A stretch of DNA of 64,000 nucleotides from Armatimonadota bacterium (GTDB taxonomy: Bacteria; Armatimonadota; UBA5829; DTLH01): the NCBI GenBank assembly GCA_038207085.1, contig JBBRAE010000001.1:96001-160000 (forward strand), written 5' to 3'. Each line of letters begins with the position of its first letter. Within the stretch, counting starts at the first letter, position 1. Below the pieces are notes generated by a model. It had not been told where the DNA came from. It was given only the letters and a program-made list of their open reading frames with translations, and searched no databases. The translations under genes and the position numbers were made by a program. Positions 35,953 through 45,190 of this stretch are shown piece after piece.

Positions 35953-38904
35953 ATGAGTTTTATGGAATCGATGGATTCCAGCCTAAGGTCTATTCGCGCG
36001 TCACAGTATGCAAAAGTACCTATGGTTGAGCGAGCACTGATTGAGATAGAAGTTGCCGGCAAGTTCGCTCGGCTGTTCCCTGAGAACGAAGCGGCGTGGC
36101 AAGCACTCATTTTACAAGCCACCCAGGCTCTTTCGTCCGGGGTAATGTCCGGGGGAGCTGTCGACCTTGACGGGCTCGTGGCAGGTGTTGAGGAGACTCT
36201 GTCTCACGTTGGACAGGCGATGAAGCACTACACAGTCCACTGTGTCGGACACGCGCACATTGATATGAACTGGATGTGGCCGTGGCAGGAAACGGTAAGC
36301 GTAACCCACGATACGTTTACCACTGTCGATAAGCTAATGGACCACTTCCCGGAGTTTGTGTTCTCACAAAGCCAGGCATCGACCTACGCAGCTATGGAAG
36401 AATACTGCCCCGAGGTCTTTGAAACGATCAAGCGACGTATCGCCGAAGGCCGTTGGGAGCCGACAGCGAGCATGTGGGTTGAAGGTGACAAAAACCTGGC
36501 GTCCGGAGAGATTCTCTGCAGGCACATGCTCTATACGCGTATATATCTCAAGGAGAAGTTCGGGCTTCCTTACGACGCGGTCAAGATCGACTGGGAGTGC
36601 GACACCTTTGGGCACTGCCACACGCTGCCCAGCATACTGAACCGCGGCGGCGTCACTCGCTACTATCGTCACAGGACAGGCCCAGACAACTGGCTGTTGT
36701 GGTGGGAGGCCCCTGATAGCTCAAGAGTGCTGACATTCTACGACAAGGGCACCTATAACGGGACGATCGACCCACAACAGATCGGTAATCTCCTTGTGGG
36801 CTATGTCGACGAAACGGGCCTCAAGGACTTTATGTTCGTATACGGTGTCGGCGACCACGGCGGCGGGCCGACCATGCGCGACCTCGTCAAAGCCCGAGAA
36901 ATCGACTCTTGGCCGATATTCCCCACGGTCAAGCTCTCGACTACCGACGCATTCTTTTCTGCGATCGAACCCGTCGCAGGCGATATTCCCGTCTTTGACG
37001 ATGAGCTGAATTTCGTCTTCGAGGGCTGCTACACCTCGGAAAGCAGCATCAAGACCGCGAACAGAATCAGCGAGAACCTGATTCCTGAGGTCGAGACCCT
37101 GTCGGTCATATCGGGGGCGCTTACGGGCTTCCAATACCCGCAAGAGGAGATCAACAAAGCCTGGCGACTGGCGATGTTCAACCAGTTCCACGATATTCTG
37201 CCGGGCTCGGGCATTCACGAGACCTACACCTATTCTGACGGCTTGTTCCAGGAGATTCTGGCGACCACTGGCGCAATCAGAACACGGGCCCTTCGCAGGC
37301 TCGCATCTCAGATCAACACAAGTGCAGCCGCAGGAACCTCAGCACCCGTTGGTACCGGCGCAGGTGCTGTCGGCGATGGCCTCGGCGCTGGTGCCGGCGA
37401 CCTGGCTATCTCAGGCGGTGTATCAGCTTATAACATGGGCGCAGTGACCGCTGAGCCGGTGATTGTCTTCAATCAGCTTGCGTTCGCCCGAAGCGGTGTA
37501 GTTGAGGCCAAGGTTTGGAACAAAGAGATTCCTTCTGATCGCGTCATAGTTCGGGATGAGCAGGGGAACACCACTGCAGGGCAGGTGGTCGGAAGTGGCC
37601 AATACTGGAGCCACAACTACACTACGGTTGCGTTTCCCGTAAAGGACGTGCCAGCGGTTGGCTATCGGACATATACGGTCGACGTCTCAGCCGAGGCGCA
37701 ACCCCAGCAGCCAAAACTCAGGGTCTCATACGAAGGACGTAACCCTCACCAAGTAATCGAACACGTCCCCGGCACAGTTACGATGCCAGCCAACAACATT
37801 ATGGAGAACGACTACGTCGTGGTCGAAATCGATATAGCATCGGGCGCTGTGAAGCACCTCATAGACAAGGCTACGGGCTTCGACTATGTTCCGGAAGGCG
37901 AGCTCCTTGGTGTGCTGGAGATACATGAGGAGATGTCCAATATTGGGATGAGCGCGTGGACGATCGGCGACATTAAGAACGTCCGCCGCCTTGACTTTGG
38001 CGGCCGTTTTACGCACCCGACTGGACCTTCTGAGCTCGACCCAATCCCGCACTGGATGGCAGCCTCAGGCAGTTTCAAGGGGCCACACAAGGCTACCGTT
38101 CGTACTACTCACAAGGTAGGCGAGTCCACCATTATCATTGAAGTCACCCTTTGCGCCGATAGCTCGATGGTTGATTTTGATGTCAAAACAATGTGGCTTG
38201 AGAGGGGCAACCCCAACACAGTTCCGATGCTTCGCGTCGCATTTCCCGTTCGAATCACGGAACCTAAGGCGACGTATGAGATCGCATTTGGAAGCATCTC
38301 AAGACCGACGGACGGTCACGAGGTTCCTGCGCTTCGTTGGGCAGACTTGTCCGGCAATAAGCCAGGAGTTGGGGGTGAGTGCGGCATCACTCTCGTTAAC
38401 AGCGACAAATACGGCCACAGTGCCGACGGCAGCACTCTTCGCCTGACACTCCTTCGATCGAGCTACGAGCCGGACCCTCTTCCTGAGATAGGCAGACACT
38501 CGACACGCTTTGCGGTGATCCCGCACGCCGGTCCATGCTCCGTTTCAGATGCGATGCGTGCCGGAGCATCCTACAACCTGCCGATGAACGTCGCCAGCAC
38601 GGATGTTCACGATGGACCGCTTGCGCCAAGTGCTGGCTTCATCGAGGTGATCGATTCCAACGTTATGCTTGCAAGCGCGAAGAAAGCAGAGGGCTCTGAC
38701 TCCCTGGTTCTCCGGCTCTACGAGGTCCAAGGAGTCGTGACACAGGCCAGAGTGAAGCTTGATGGCGTCGTGAAGCAAGGCGCAAGTGCTGTCGAAGTGG
38801 ATCTGATGGAGGAGCCGCTGGCCCAGTCGTCGGCGATTCTTGAAAACGACACGTTGCTGGTAAATATACCGGCATATGGCATAGCAACGGTTAGAATCGG
38901 TTAG
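35953..38904 (+). CDS. Alpha-mannosidase (GH38)
   Basis: VGHAHIDMNWMW, DTFGH, YGVGDHGGGP, GCYTS, NQFHDILPGS, LRLTLLRS. Confidence 0.92.
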   Translation: MSFMESMDSSLRSIRASQYAKVPMVERALIEIEVAGKFARLFPENEAAWQALILQATQALSSGVMSGGAVDLDGLVAGVEETLSHVGQAMKHYTVHCVGHAHIDMNWMWPWQETVSVTHDTFTTVDKLMDHFPEFVFSQSQASTYAAMEEYCPEVFETIKRRIAEGRWEPTASMWVEGDKNLASGEILCRHMLYTRIYLKEKFGLPYDAVKIDWECDTFGHCHTLPSILNRGGVTRYYRHRTGPDNWLLWWEAPDSSRVLTFYDKGTYNGTIDPQQIGNLLVGYVDETGLKDFMFVYGVGDHGGGPTMRDLVKAREIDSWPIFPTVKLSTTDAFFSAIEPVAGDIPVFDDELNFVFEGCYTSESSIKTANRISENLIPEVETLSVISGALTGFQYPQEEINKAWRLAMFNQFHDILPGSGIHETYTYSDGLFQEILATTGAIRTRALRRLASQINTSAAAGTSAPVGTGAGAVGDGLGAGAGDLAISGGVSAYNMGAVTAEPVIVFNQLAFARSGVVEAKVWNKEIPSDRVIVRDEQGNTTAGQVVGSGQYWSHNYTTVAFPVKDVPAVGYRTYTVDVSAEAQPQQPKLRVSYEGRNPHQVIEHVPGTVTMPANNIMENDYVVVEIDIASGAVKHLIDKATGFDYVPEGELLGVLEIHEEMSNIGMSAWTIGDIKNVRRLDFGGRFTHPTGPSELDPIPHWMAASGSFKGPHKATVRTTHKVGESTIIIEVTLCADSSMVDFDVKTMWLERGNPNTVPMLRVAFPVRITEPKATYEIAFGSISRPTDGHEVPALRWADLSGNKPGVGGECGITLVNSDKYGHSADGSTLRLTLLRSSYEPDPLPEIGRHSTRFAVIPHAGPCSVSDAMRAGASYNLPMNVASTDVHDGPLAPSAGFIEVIDSNVMLASAKKAEGSDSLVLRLYEVQGVVTQARVKLDGVVKQGASAVEVDLMEEPLAQSSAILENDTLLVNIPAYGIATVRIG

Positions 38905-38981
38905 CCCGCTTTATTCGTGATGCGAATAAAGCTCTTGCTAAGAGAGCATCATTCACGCTTCTCGTGAATAATGCGGGTTAG
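38901..38981 (+). mobile_element. 73-bp MITE-like element, copy 3, with TTAG/TTAG flanks; the left flank contains the mannosidase stop codon
   Basis: TTAG|CCCGCTTTATTCG...AATAATGCGGG|TTAG. Confidence 0.85.
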
Positions 38982-38986
38982 TGAAG

Positions 38987-39026
38987 AATACTGTTGGGCC
39001 GATGATATCATCGGCCCAACAGTATT
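38987..39026. terminator. Perfect 40-bp palindrome between convergent genes (probable bidirectional terminator)
   Basis: AATACTGTTGGGCCGATGAT followed directly by its reverse complement. Confidence 0.65.
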
Positions 39027-39031
39027 GATTT

Positions 39032-40102
39032 CTAATTGAACGTGTGAACCCCTTCGGGCATATGGCAAGTGGCGCAAGTTGTGCCTGCGGGCGATCCTGG
39101 AGCGTGTTTGGCTAACTGCTGCTCCTTATGGCACCCCGTGCATAGATCAATCACGGGCTTGATCAGCTGGCGCGTAGTTCCCGTAACCGGGCCGTGAGGG
39201 TTATGGCAGCTCGTGCAGATCACCCCTGCGGTGTAGTGCTTGCTTGTGACGAGCTCCGAATACTGCTGGTTGAAGCCCGCAGTCTTGGGTTTGGCGTCGA
39301 TGAAGAACTTCCCGAGGTCATCTCCCGGCTTGAAATTGATCGGAAAAGCGTAGGTCTTGGAAATATCAGTCCCCTTGGAGTGGCACTGCCCACAGATCAT
39401 CGCCTGCCGCTCTTTACTGAGCACTGTCGGGTTCGTGATCTGAGTCTTCTCACCAGCCCTAACGTGGTTGCTCCCTGCCCCGTGGCAGGACTCGCAGGAC
39501 ACGCCCGCGAAGTCCCAGACTTTGGTCGATGGATTGTAGCCGGTGGTATGGCAGCCAACGCACTTCTTTGATGCATCGAGTAGGACTGGTTTCGCTGAAG
39601 CTGCTGGAGCAGCGGCCTTGCCGGACTTGTTGACGCCCTTTGCAACAGCAGGCTTCTTTGGAACGCTGGCAGATGGAGTAACAACCCACTTGTTGTCCAC
39701 TGCGCTCCAGTACCCCGGGATGAGCATCAGCTTGGAGTCCAAGTAAGCCTGCTTCACTGTGCCGACGCCCAACGCATAGGCAATCTGTTCTTTCTTGACA
39801 GGGCTACCCGCGGCAAACTTCGCCTTCAACTTGGAAGGTGATTCCTCCACATCGATCAATGCGCTTGCGTGCGCGCTCTTGGCGTACCCCTTCACAATGT
39901 CGTTGTGTCGCGCAGAATGGCACTGGTCGCATGCGATCTCAGTCTTCGGGTGTATGCCACCCGTAAACTGGGCAGTCTCACCGTGGCAGTTTCTGCACGC
40001 TCCAGCACCCACGTAGGTCGCAGCGGTATCAGCGTGCGCGACCAGTGAAGACGCGATGGCTATGGCAGCCCCGATGACGGAGACAATTTTAAAATCGAAC
40101 AA
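39032..40102 (-). CDS. Secreted multiheme (8 CXXCH) c-type cytochrome
   Basis: CRNCH, CDQCH, CVGCH, CESCH, CGQCH, CTSCH, CTGCH, CATCH; signal peptide; TTG 40102 after GAGGAGG. Confidence 0.9.
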   Translation of the reverse strand: MFDFKIVSVIGAAIAIASSLVAHADTAATYVGAGACRNCHGETAQFTGGIHPKTEIACDQCHSARHNDIVKGYAKSAHASALIDVEESPSKLKAKFAAGSPVKKEQIAYALGVGTVKQAYLDSKLMLIPGYWSAVDNKWVVTPSASVPKKPAVAKGVNKSGKAAAPAASAKPVLLDASKKCVGCHTTGYNPSTKVWDFAGVSCESCHGAGSNHVRAGEKTQITNPTVLSKERQAMICGQCHSKGTDISKTYAFPINFKPGDDLGKFFIDAKPKTAGFNQQYSELVTSKHYTAGVICTSCHNPHGPVTGTTRQLIKPVIDLCTGCHKEQQLAKHAPGSPAGTTCATCHMPEGVHTFN

Positions 40103-40215
40103 ATGTTGGCCTCCTCGAAGGGAATAGCGCGTGAGTCGGCGAATCATGATATGAAGCCTGCGCGCCAGTGACAGTCTATCAAACTTAGACGCAGGCGCGC
40201 AAGCATGATTTCCAA

Positions 40216-41409
40216 ATGATAGGTGGCAATATGGACAGTGTTATCCTTTCGATAGTAGGCCTCGCAGTGCTCGGCATTCTGGCCGCAGCAGTCATCGTGC
40301 TCGCCAAGCGGCCCGGAGTGGGGGGAGACATCTCTACACCCCTGCAGAACCTGACGCAAGCCGTGCAGCAGGGACAGGCGCAGTCGGCTGTGATTGCTGA
40401 GAAGCTCTCCCGGCTCGAACAGGTGACCGAAACTGCCTCGAAGATTCAAACCGAGGTCAGAGTCATATCCGAGCGCGTCGCCAAAGTCGAGCAGAACCAG
40501 TCAATTGCCGGACAGAGTCTGTCGGCTCTGGGCGTAGGGCTAGCCGAGACTGGCACGGTGGCAAAGGGGATCGTCGACGCAACTACCGCGATCCGCGAGG
40601 AGCTTGCGCGCGCAAAGAACGATTTGACAGAGATTCAGACGCAGGCGAAGTCCCGACGTGACATGGAAACCCGAACCGCTGAATCGATTCGCAGACTTGA
40701 AGCAATTATAGCAGGCACGCAGTCCAAGGGGGCGGCGGGCGAGAATATCGTCGAAGTGGTGTTTGCGAAGCTTCCACCAGAGTGGCAGGTGCGAAACTTC
40801 AGGGTAGGGGATAAGGCTGTAGAGTTTGGTATAAGATTGCCCAACAATCTTGTACTACCGATAGATAGCAAGTGGGCGGCTACCAACCTTTTAGAGCAGT
40901 TTCTCGAAGCAACCGACCCCACAGAGCAGTTGAAGCTCAAGAGCCAGATAGAATCCGTCGTTATGAGCAAGAGCCGCGAGGTGCGTAAGTACATTGAGCC
41001 AAATATCACTGTAAACTTCGCCATTGCGACCGTTCCAGACGCCATATACGACCTCTGCTGCGGTATCCAGGCTGATATATTCCAGCAAAATGTTGTGCTG
41101 GTGAGCTATAGTATGCTCGTGCCATATCTGCTGCTTGTTTTTCAAACCGTCCTTCGCAGCTCCCAAAACATCGACCTGCACCGCCTGGAAGCGTGCCTTG
41201 ATGGTGTGGAAAAGGGTATTAGATCGGTACAGGAGGAACTCGAAGGCAGGTTTTCCCGAGGGCTTACGATGCTTGGTAACGCCCGCGATGACATGTCCTC
41301 GCATCTCAGCAAGGCATCAAACGGCATTACGAGCCTGCGCCTGCAATCACGTCCCAGCATCGAAACCTCCGAAATGCCGCCACTTGAGCTCGCGATGGAG
41401 GAAAAGTAA
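40216..41409 (+). CDS. rmuC: DNA recombination protein RmuC family
   Basis: N-terminal TM anchor, coiled coil, KGAAGE, IRLPNNLVLPIDSKW, KYIEP. Confidence 0.85.
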   Translation: MIGGNMDSVILSIVGLAVLGILAAAVIVLAKRPGVGGDISTPLQNLTQAVQQGQAQSAVIAEKLSRLEQVTETASKIQTEVRVISERVAKVEQNQSIAGQSLSALGVGLAETGTVAKGIVDATTAIREELARAKNDLTEIQTQAKSRRDMETRTAESIRRLEAIIAGTQSKGAAGENIVEVVFAKLPPEWQVRNFRVGDKAVEFGIRLPNNLVLPIDSKWAATNLLEQFLEATDPTEQLKLKSQIESVVMSKSREVRKYIEPNITVNFAIATVPDAIYDLCCGIQADIFQQNVVLVSYSMLVPYLLLVFQTVLRSSQNIDLHRLEACLDGVEKGIRSVQEELEGRFSRGLTMLGNARDDMSSHLSKASNGITSLRLQSRPSIETSEMPPLELAMEEK

Positions 41410-41433
41410 GGCTGGAAGGATAACCATAGCTTT

Positions 41434-42501
41434 GTGGATATTAGCCAGGAATGGAAAAACGCAATAGAGGCCATCGTCGCCGACCCGGGTATCACGCTCG
41501 TGATTGGCGACACGGACACCGGCAAGACCACATTCGTACTTGAACTCATCAACACTGCGGTTCGCGCGGGTGTTGCAACTGCGATTGTGGACGCGGACAT
41601 CGGCCAGGGCGAGGTCGGCCCGCCGTCGGTTGTCTCGATGGCATTGATCGATCATCCCTTGGAGGCTCTCCGTGAAGTCTCACCCCGGAGGATGTATTTC
41701 GTCGGCTCAACGTCTCCGTTCGGGCACATGCTGCCTCTAGCTGTTGGGGCGAAGAAGATGACCGATGAAGCGCTCGCCCGTGGCGCAAAGCTCGTGGTCG
41801 TCGATACCACAGGCCTGGTGCAGGGCACCTCAGGCCGGAGACTGAAGCAGCACAAGATCGAGCTTATCTCGCCCCGGCACGTTGTTGGGATATCCAAACG
41901 CCGTGAGATAGAGCACATCACCTCTGGCATCCGCCGAGTTGAGAGCATTAACCTGCACCAACTCAAGACTTCCCCTGAATCCAAACCCAAAGCCAGGGAG
42001 TTTCGTGCGGCCCGCAGGCAGAGACGATTCTTTGATTACTTTCGAGACGCCGAGCGCCATATCATTCGCCTTGACGATATAGTCTGCTGGAACACGTTTT
42101 TCACTACGGGCAGGAACGTGAAGTGGCAGCATTTCAGGGTGATCGAGCGGACTCTTCGGGCGAAGGTGCTTCACGCGGAGGTTGTCGGAGGGGGAATGTA
42201 TATCGTGGTCCAGTGCGGGCCGAATATGGCTGGGGTTGAGGCGTTAAAGAACAAATACGGCACACGGGAGTTCACAGTCGTCTGTGGGATGGACTTCTCC
42301 AACCTGCTGGTTGGGCTTGCCGATGCCCGGGGAAACACGATGGCGCTTGGGATCATCGAGGCAGTCGACTTCAAACAGCGGCATATGTCTGTTGTGACTC
42401 CCGTCGCTACGGTGACCCCGGTGAAGATTGTTCAGTTTGGATCAATGAGAGTTCGTCCCGATGGCACTGAGCTTGGGACTGTGAAACCAGGAGAGTTATG
42501 A
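41434..42501 (+). CDS. Clp1/Grc3-family polynucleotide 5'-hydroxyl kinase
   Basis: P-loop GDTDTGKTT, VDADIGQGEVGPP, VDTTGLVQG, RAARRQRRF lid, LVGLAD...LGII. Confidence 0.85.
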   Translation: MDISQEWKNAIEAIVADPGITLVIGDTDTGKTTFVLELINTAVRAGVATAIVDADIGQGEVGPPSVVSMALIDHPLEALREVSPRRMYFVGSTSPFGHMLPLAVGAKKMTDEALARGAKLVVVDTTGLVQGTSGRRLKQHKIELISPRHVVGISKRREIEHITSGIRRVESINLHQLKTSPESKPKAREFRAARRQRRFFDYFRDAERHIIRLDDIVCWNTFFTTGRNVKWQHFRVIERTLRAKVLHAEVVGGGMYIVVQCGPNMAGVEALKNKYGTREFTVVCGMDFSNLLVGLADARGNTMALGIIEAVDFKQRHMSVVTPVATVTPVKIVQFGSMRVRPDGTELGTVKPGEL

Positions 42502-43175
42502 CAGAGTTTTATGTGGTCCGGCACGGGGAAACCTCTTGGAACGCCGAAGCGCGTATACAGGGGCATACGGACGTGCCGCTTACAGAAAAGGGCATCGATC
42601 AGGCGAGGCGGGCCGGGCGCAAGCTCGCCGACGAATCGTTCGACGTTGTATATGCAAGTGACTTAGCGCGGGCATTCGTTACCGGCGAGGAGATCGCCGC
42701 GCCTCACGGGCTGAAAGTAGTCCCAACCCCGCTTCTTCGCGAGGCGAACTTGGGCGAGTGGCAGGGAATGACACTAAAAGAAGTCGCGGAGCGCTACCCG
42801 GAGCAGCATGCGGAGTATGTGAAAGACTCGATCGGTCACAGACCTCCGGGGGCTGAACGCCTTGAGGAAGTCATCGAGCGCTGTAGGGAGTTCATCGCAA
42901 TGGCTGTCGAGCGCCACCCTGAGGAAAGGCTCGCTGTTGCGGCGCATGGAGGATCGGTCCGGGGGCTTCTGGCCGCTGCACTGGGCCTGGGGCCAGAACT
43001 CTACAGGCGAATCAGGATGGATAACGGTAGCATCACAGTCTTTGACGTAGTAGGGGACCGCGCTACACTGCGACTCCTAAACGACACCTGCCACCTGACA
43101 GTTGACAAACTAGGCGACGGAGCCGACTGGGCGACCGAGGAGGACAAATGCGAGAAGACAAATACCACGGCGTGA
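42498..43175 (+). CDS. Histidine phosphatase (phosphoglycerate mutase family)
   Basis: VRHGET, QGHTDVPLT, SDLARA, LREANLGEWQG, AHGG; ATGA overlap with the Clp1 stop. Confidence 0.9.
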   Translation: MTEFYVVRHGETSWNAEARIQGHTDVPLTEKGIDQARRAGRKLADESFDVVYASDLARAFVTGEEIAAPHGLKVVPTPLLREANLGEWQGMTLKEVAERYPEQHAEYVKDSIGHRPPGAERLEEVIERCREFIAMAVERHPEERLAVAAHGGSVRGLLAAALGLGPELYRRIRMDNGSITVFDVVGDRATLRLLNDTCHLTVDKLGDGADWATEEDKCEKTNTTA

Positions 43176-44053
43176 TGGTGCCGCTCATAACTCCCGTAGA
43201 CGATCAGGATCGTATAGATGAGCCTGCACTTCGGGCGGTGGTCGATTACGTTATCGACGGCGGTGTCCACGGAATATTCATAGGAGGCTCGACCGGCGAA
43301 GGGCCACTTCTTGAGACCTCCGAATGGGTCAGGATGATGCAGGTCTGCTTTGACCAGACGCGTGGCCGCGTTCCGCTGTGGGCCGGAGTGATGGAGGATT
43401 CCACAAGACGAGCCATCGAGAAAGTCCGTATAGTTCGCGATCTCGGCTACAGTACCTACGTCGCAACGGCGAGCTATTATGTCCCGACACATGCCGCGTC
43501 TGAGCACTTGAGACACTTTGGCACGATCAGGGAGGCCGTTCCTGATATGGAGATGGTGGTCTACAATATCCCTCCGTGCACGGGGTCCTGCTTGTCGCTT
43601 GATACCATGCTCGACATGGCCCGGCGGGGGTGGATAAGATTTGTGAAAGACAGTTCAAACCGAAAGGATCTTACCATACCCTTGATAGAGCAGGGGAGAG
43701 ACATCGGACTCGGCGTCTTTGTCGGAAGCCACGAGATGACCGAGGAAACGATGCTCCTTGGGGCAGATGGAATAGTTCCTGGGCTTGCCAATTTCGAGCC
43801 CTATACTCTTGTTGAAGCGTATGACGCCGGAGTCGCTGGCGATCGCAAAAGACTATCTGTTGCGCAGCGTAGAATAGATTTCCTTGTCGGAGAGCTGGTT
43901 ACTGGGTATACATCGTGGATATCTGGGATAAAATATGCCGTAGCAACTCTTGGCATTGGCTCAGGGCGTCCCGTGACTCCGATCGAACCGGTAAACGACG
44001 AACAGAAGAGACGAATTGAATCGATTGTCCCTATCACTCGGGGACCACTTTGA
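43148..44053 (+). CDS. Dihydrodipicolinate synthase / N-acetylneuraminate lyase family aldolase
   Basis: GGSTGE, YNIP, KDSS (Schiff-base Lys). Confidence 0.85.
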   Translation: MREDKYHGVMVPLITPVDDQDRIDEPALRAVVDYVIDGGVHGIFIGGSTGEGPLLETSEWVRMMQVCFDQTRGRVPLWAGVMEDSTRRAIEKVRIVRDLGYSTYVATASYYVPTHAASEHLRHFGTIREAVPDMEMVVYNIPPCTGSCLSLDTMLDMARRGWIRFVKDSSNRKDLTIPLIEQGRDIGLGVFVGSHEMTEETMLLGADGIVPGLANFEPYTLVEAYDAGVAGDRKRLSVAQRRIDFLVGELVTGYTSWISGIKYAVATLGIGSGRPVTPIEPVNDEQKRRIESIVPITRGPL

Positions 44054-44123
44054 GATACGTCGGCATCAGCCGGCACAGTGTGTGGCAGGCGACAGCGCTT
44101 GCTGCAGAGAGGATGTGACCAGA

Positions 44124-44558
44124 ATGGCACAGGCACAGATACAGAGCGGCGATACAGTAAAGGTCCACTATACTGGCAGACTTGATGACGGTAGCGTGTT
44201 TGACAGCTCAGTCGGGCGCGACCCGATCGAGTTCACCATAGGGGAGGGGAGGGTAATCCCTGGTTTTGAGGACGCAGTCCTCGGGGCGGCTAGTGGGGAT
44301 ACCAAAACTGCCACCATTCCGTCCGACAAGGCCTACGGCCCGCATCGGGAAGAGATGGTGGTGCACGTCGACCGCTCTAACCTTCCGGATGGGCTCGATC
44401 CCGACATTGGTGATCAGCTTCAGATGACGACTCAAGAGGGGATGCCGGTCGTTGTGACCGTTGTCGAAGTTGACGAGGGCAGCATCACGCTCGATGCGAA
44501 TCACCCGCTTGCAGGAAAAGACCTCACATTTGACATCGAAGTAGTGGAAATAGTTTAG
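44124..44558 (+). CDS. slyD: FKBP-type peptidyl-prolyl isomerase (SlyD/FkpB type, no His-rich tail)
   Basis: GDTVKVHYTG, FDSS, IPGFE, AYG, DANHPLAGKDLTF. Confidence 0.9.
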   Translation: MAQAQIQSGDTVKVHYTGRLDDGSVFDSSVGRDPIEFTIGEGRVIPGFEDAVLGAASGDTKTATIPSDKAYGPHREEMVVHVDRSNLPDGLDPDIGDQLQMTTQEGMPVVVTVVEVDEGSITLDANHPLAGKDLTFDIEVVEIV

Positions 44559-44566
44559 GTTCAATG

Positions 44567-44603
44567 AAGGGCTAGGGGAGGGAACTCCTCACCCCTAGCC
44601 CTT
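44567..44603. terminator. Hairpin between convergent slyD and iorB
   Basis: AAGGGCTAGGGG...CCCCTAGCCCTT. Confidence 0.65.
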
Positions 44604-44611
44604 TGATTCGT

Positions 44612-45190
44612 TTACTGTAGATCTCGACCAGCCGCAAATGCCTTGTCGTTGACTTCGCGGTGCTTGGCTGGCACGAGCTCTGATATCGCCTGCTGCCACG
44701 CTTCAGCAGGGATTTCAAGCGACTTGGAAAGCGCGCCGGTCATGATCATATTCACCGTTCTGATATTGCCGAGCTCACGAGCGATATCGAGCCCGTTGAT
44801 GATTCTATGATTGGAATAGGCCCGACTGATCCGGTCCTCGATATCATCAACCCACTGCTGCTGACCACTCGATACTGTCACGGGGATAATGTTTTGCCGA
44901 TTGATCAGCGCAACGCCTTCCGGCGCGACCGTGTCAGCGTAGCGCAGCGATTCCAAAAGCTCAAAGCTCACCAGGAAGTGCGTCTCACCTTCTGGAATAA
45001 GGGGCGAATATACTTTTTCTCCGATTCTGACCTGGCTAACGACGCTACCGCCGCGCTGAGCCATGCCGTGAACTTCGCTCTTTTTCACGTCTGAGCCGGC
45101 GAGCATAGCCGCACGGGATATGACTTCGCTTGCAAGCAGTGTTCCCTGTCCGCCAACTCCCACTAGCGCGATATTTATCGTCTTCTTCAT
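44612..45190 (-). CDS. iorB: Indolepyruvate:ferredoxin oxidoreductase beta subunit
   Basis: GVGGQG, SEVHGMAQRGGSV; ATG 45190 overlaps the iorA stop. Confidence 0.92.
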   Translation of the reverse strand: MKKTINIALVGVGGQGTLLASEVISRAAMLAGSDVKKSEVHGMAQRGGSVVSQVRIGEKVYSPLIPEGETHFLVSFELLESLRYADTVAPEGVALINRQNIIPVTVSSGQQQWVDDIEDRISRAYSNHRIINGLDIARELGNIRTVNMIMTGALSKSLEIPAEAWQQAISELVPAKHREVNDKAFAAGRDLQ

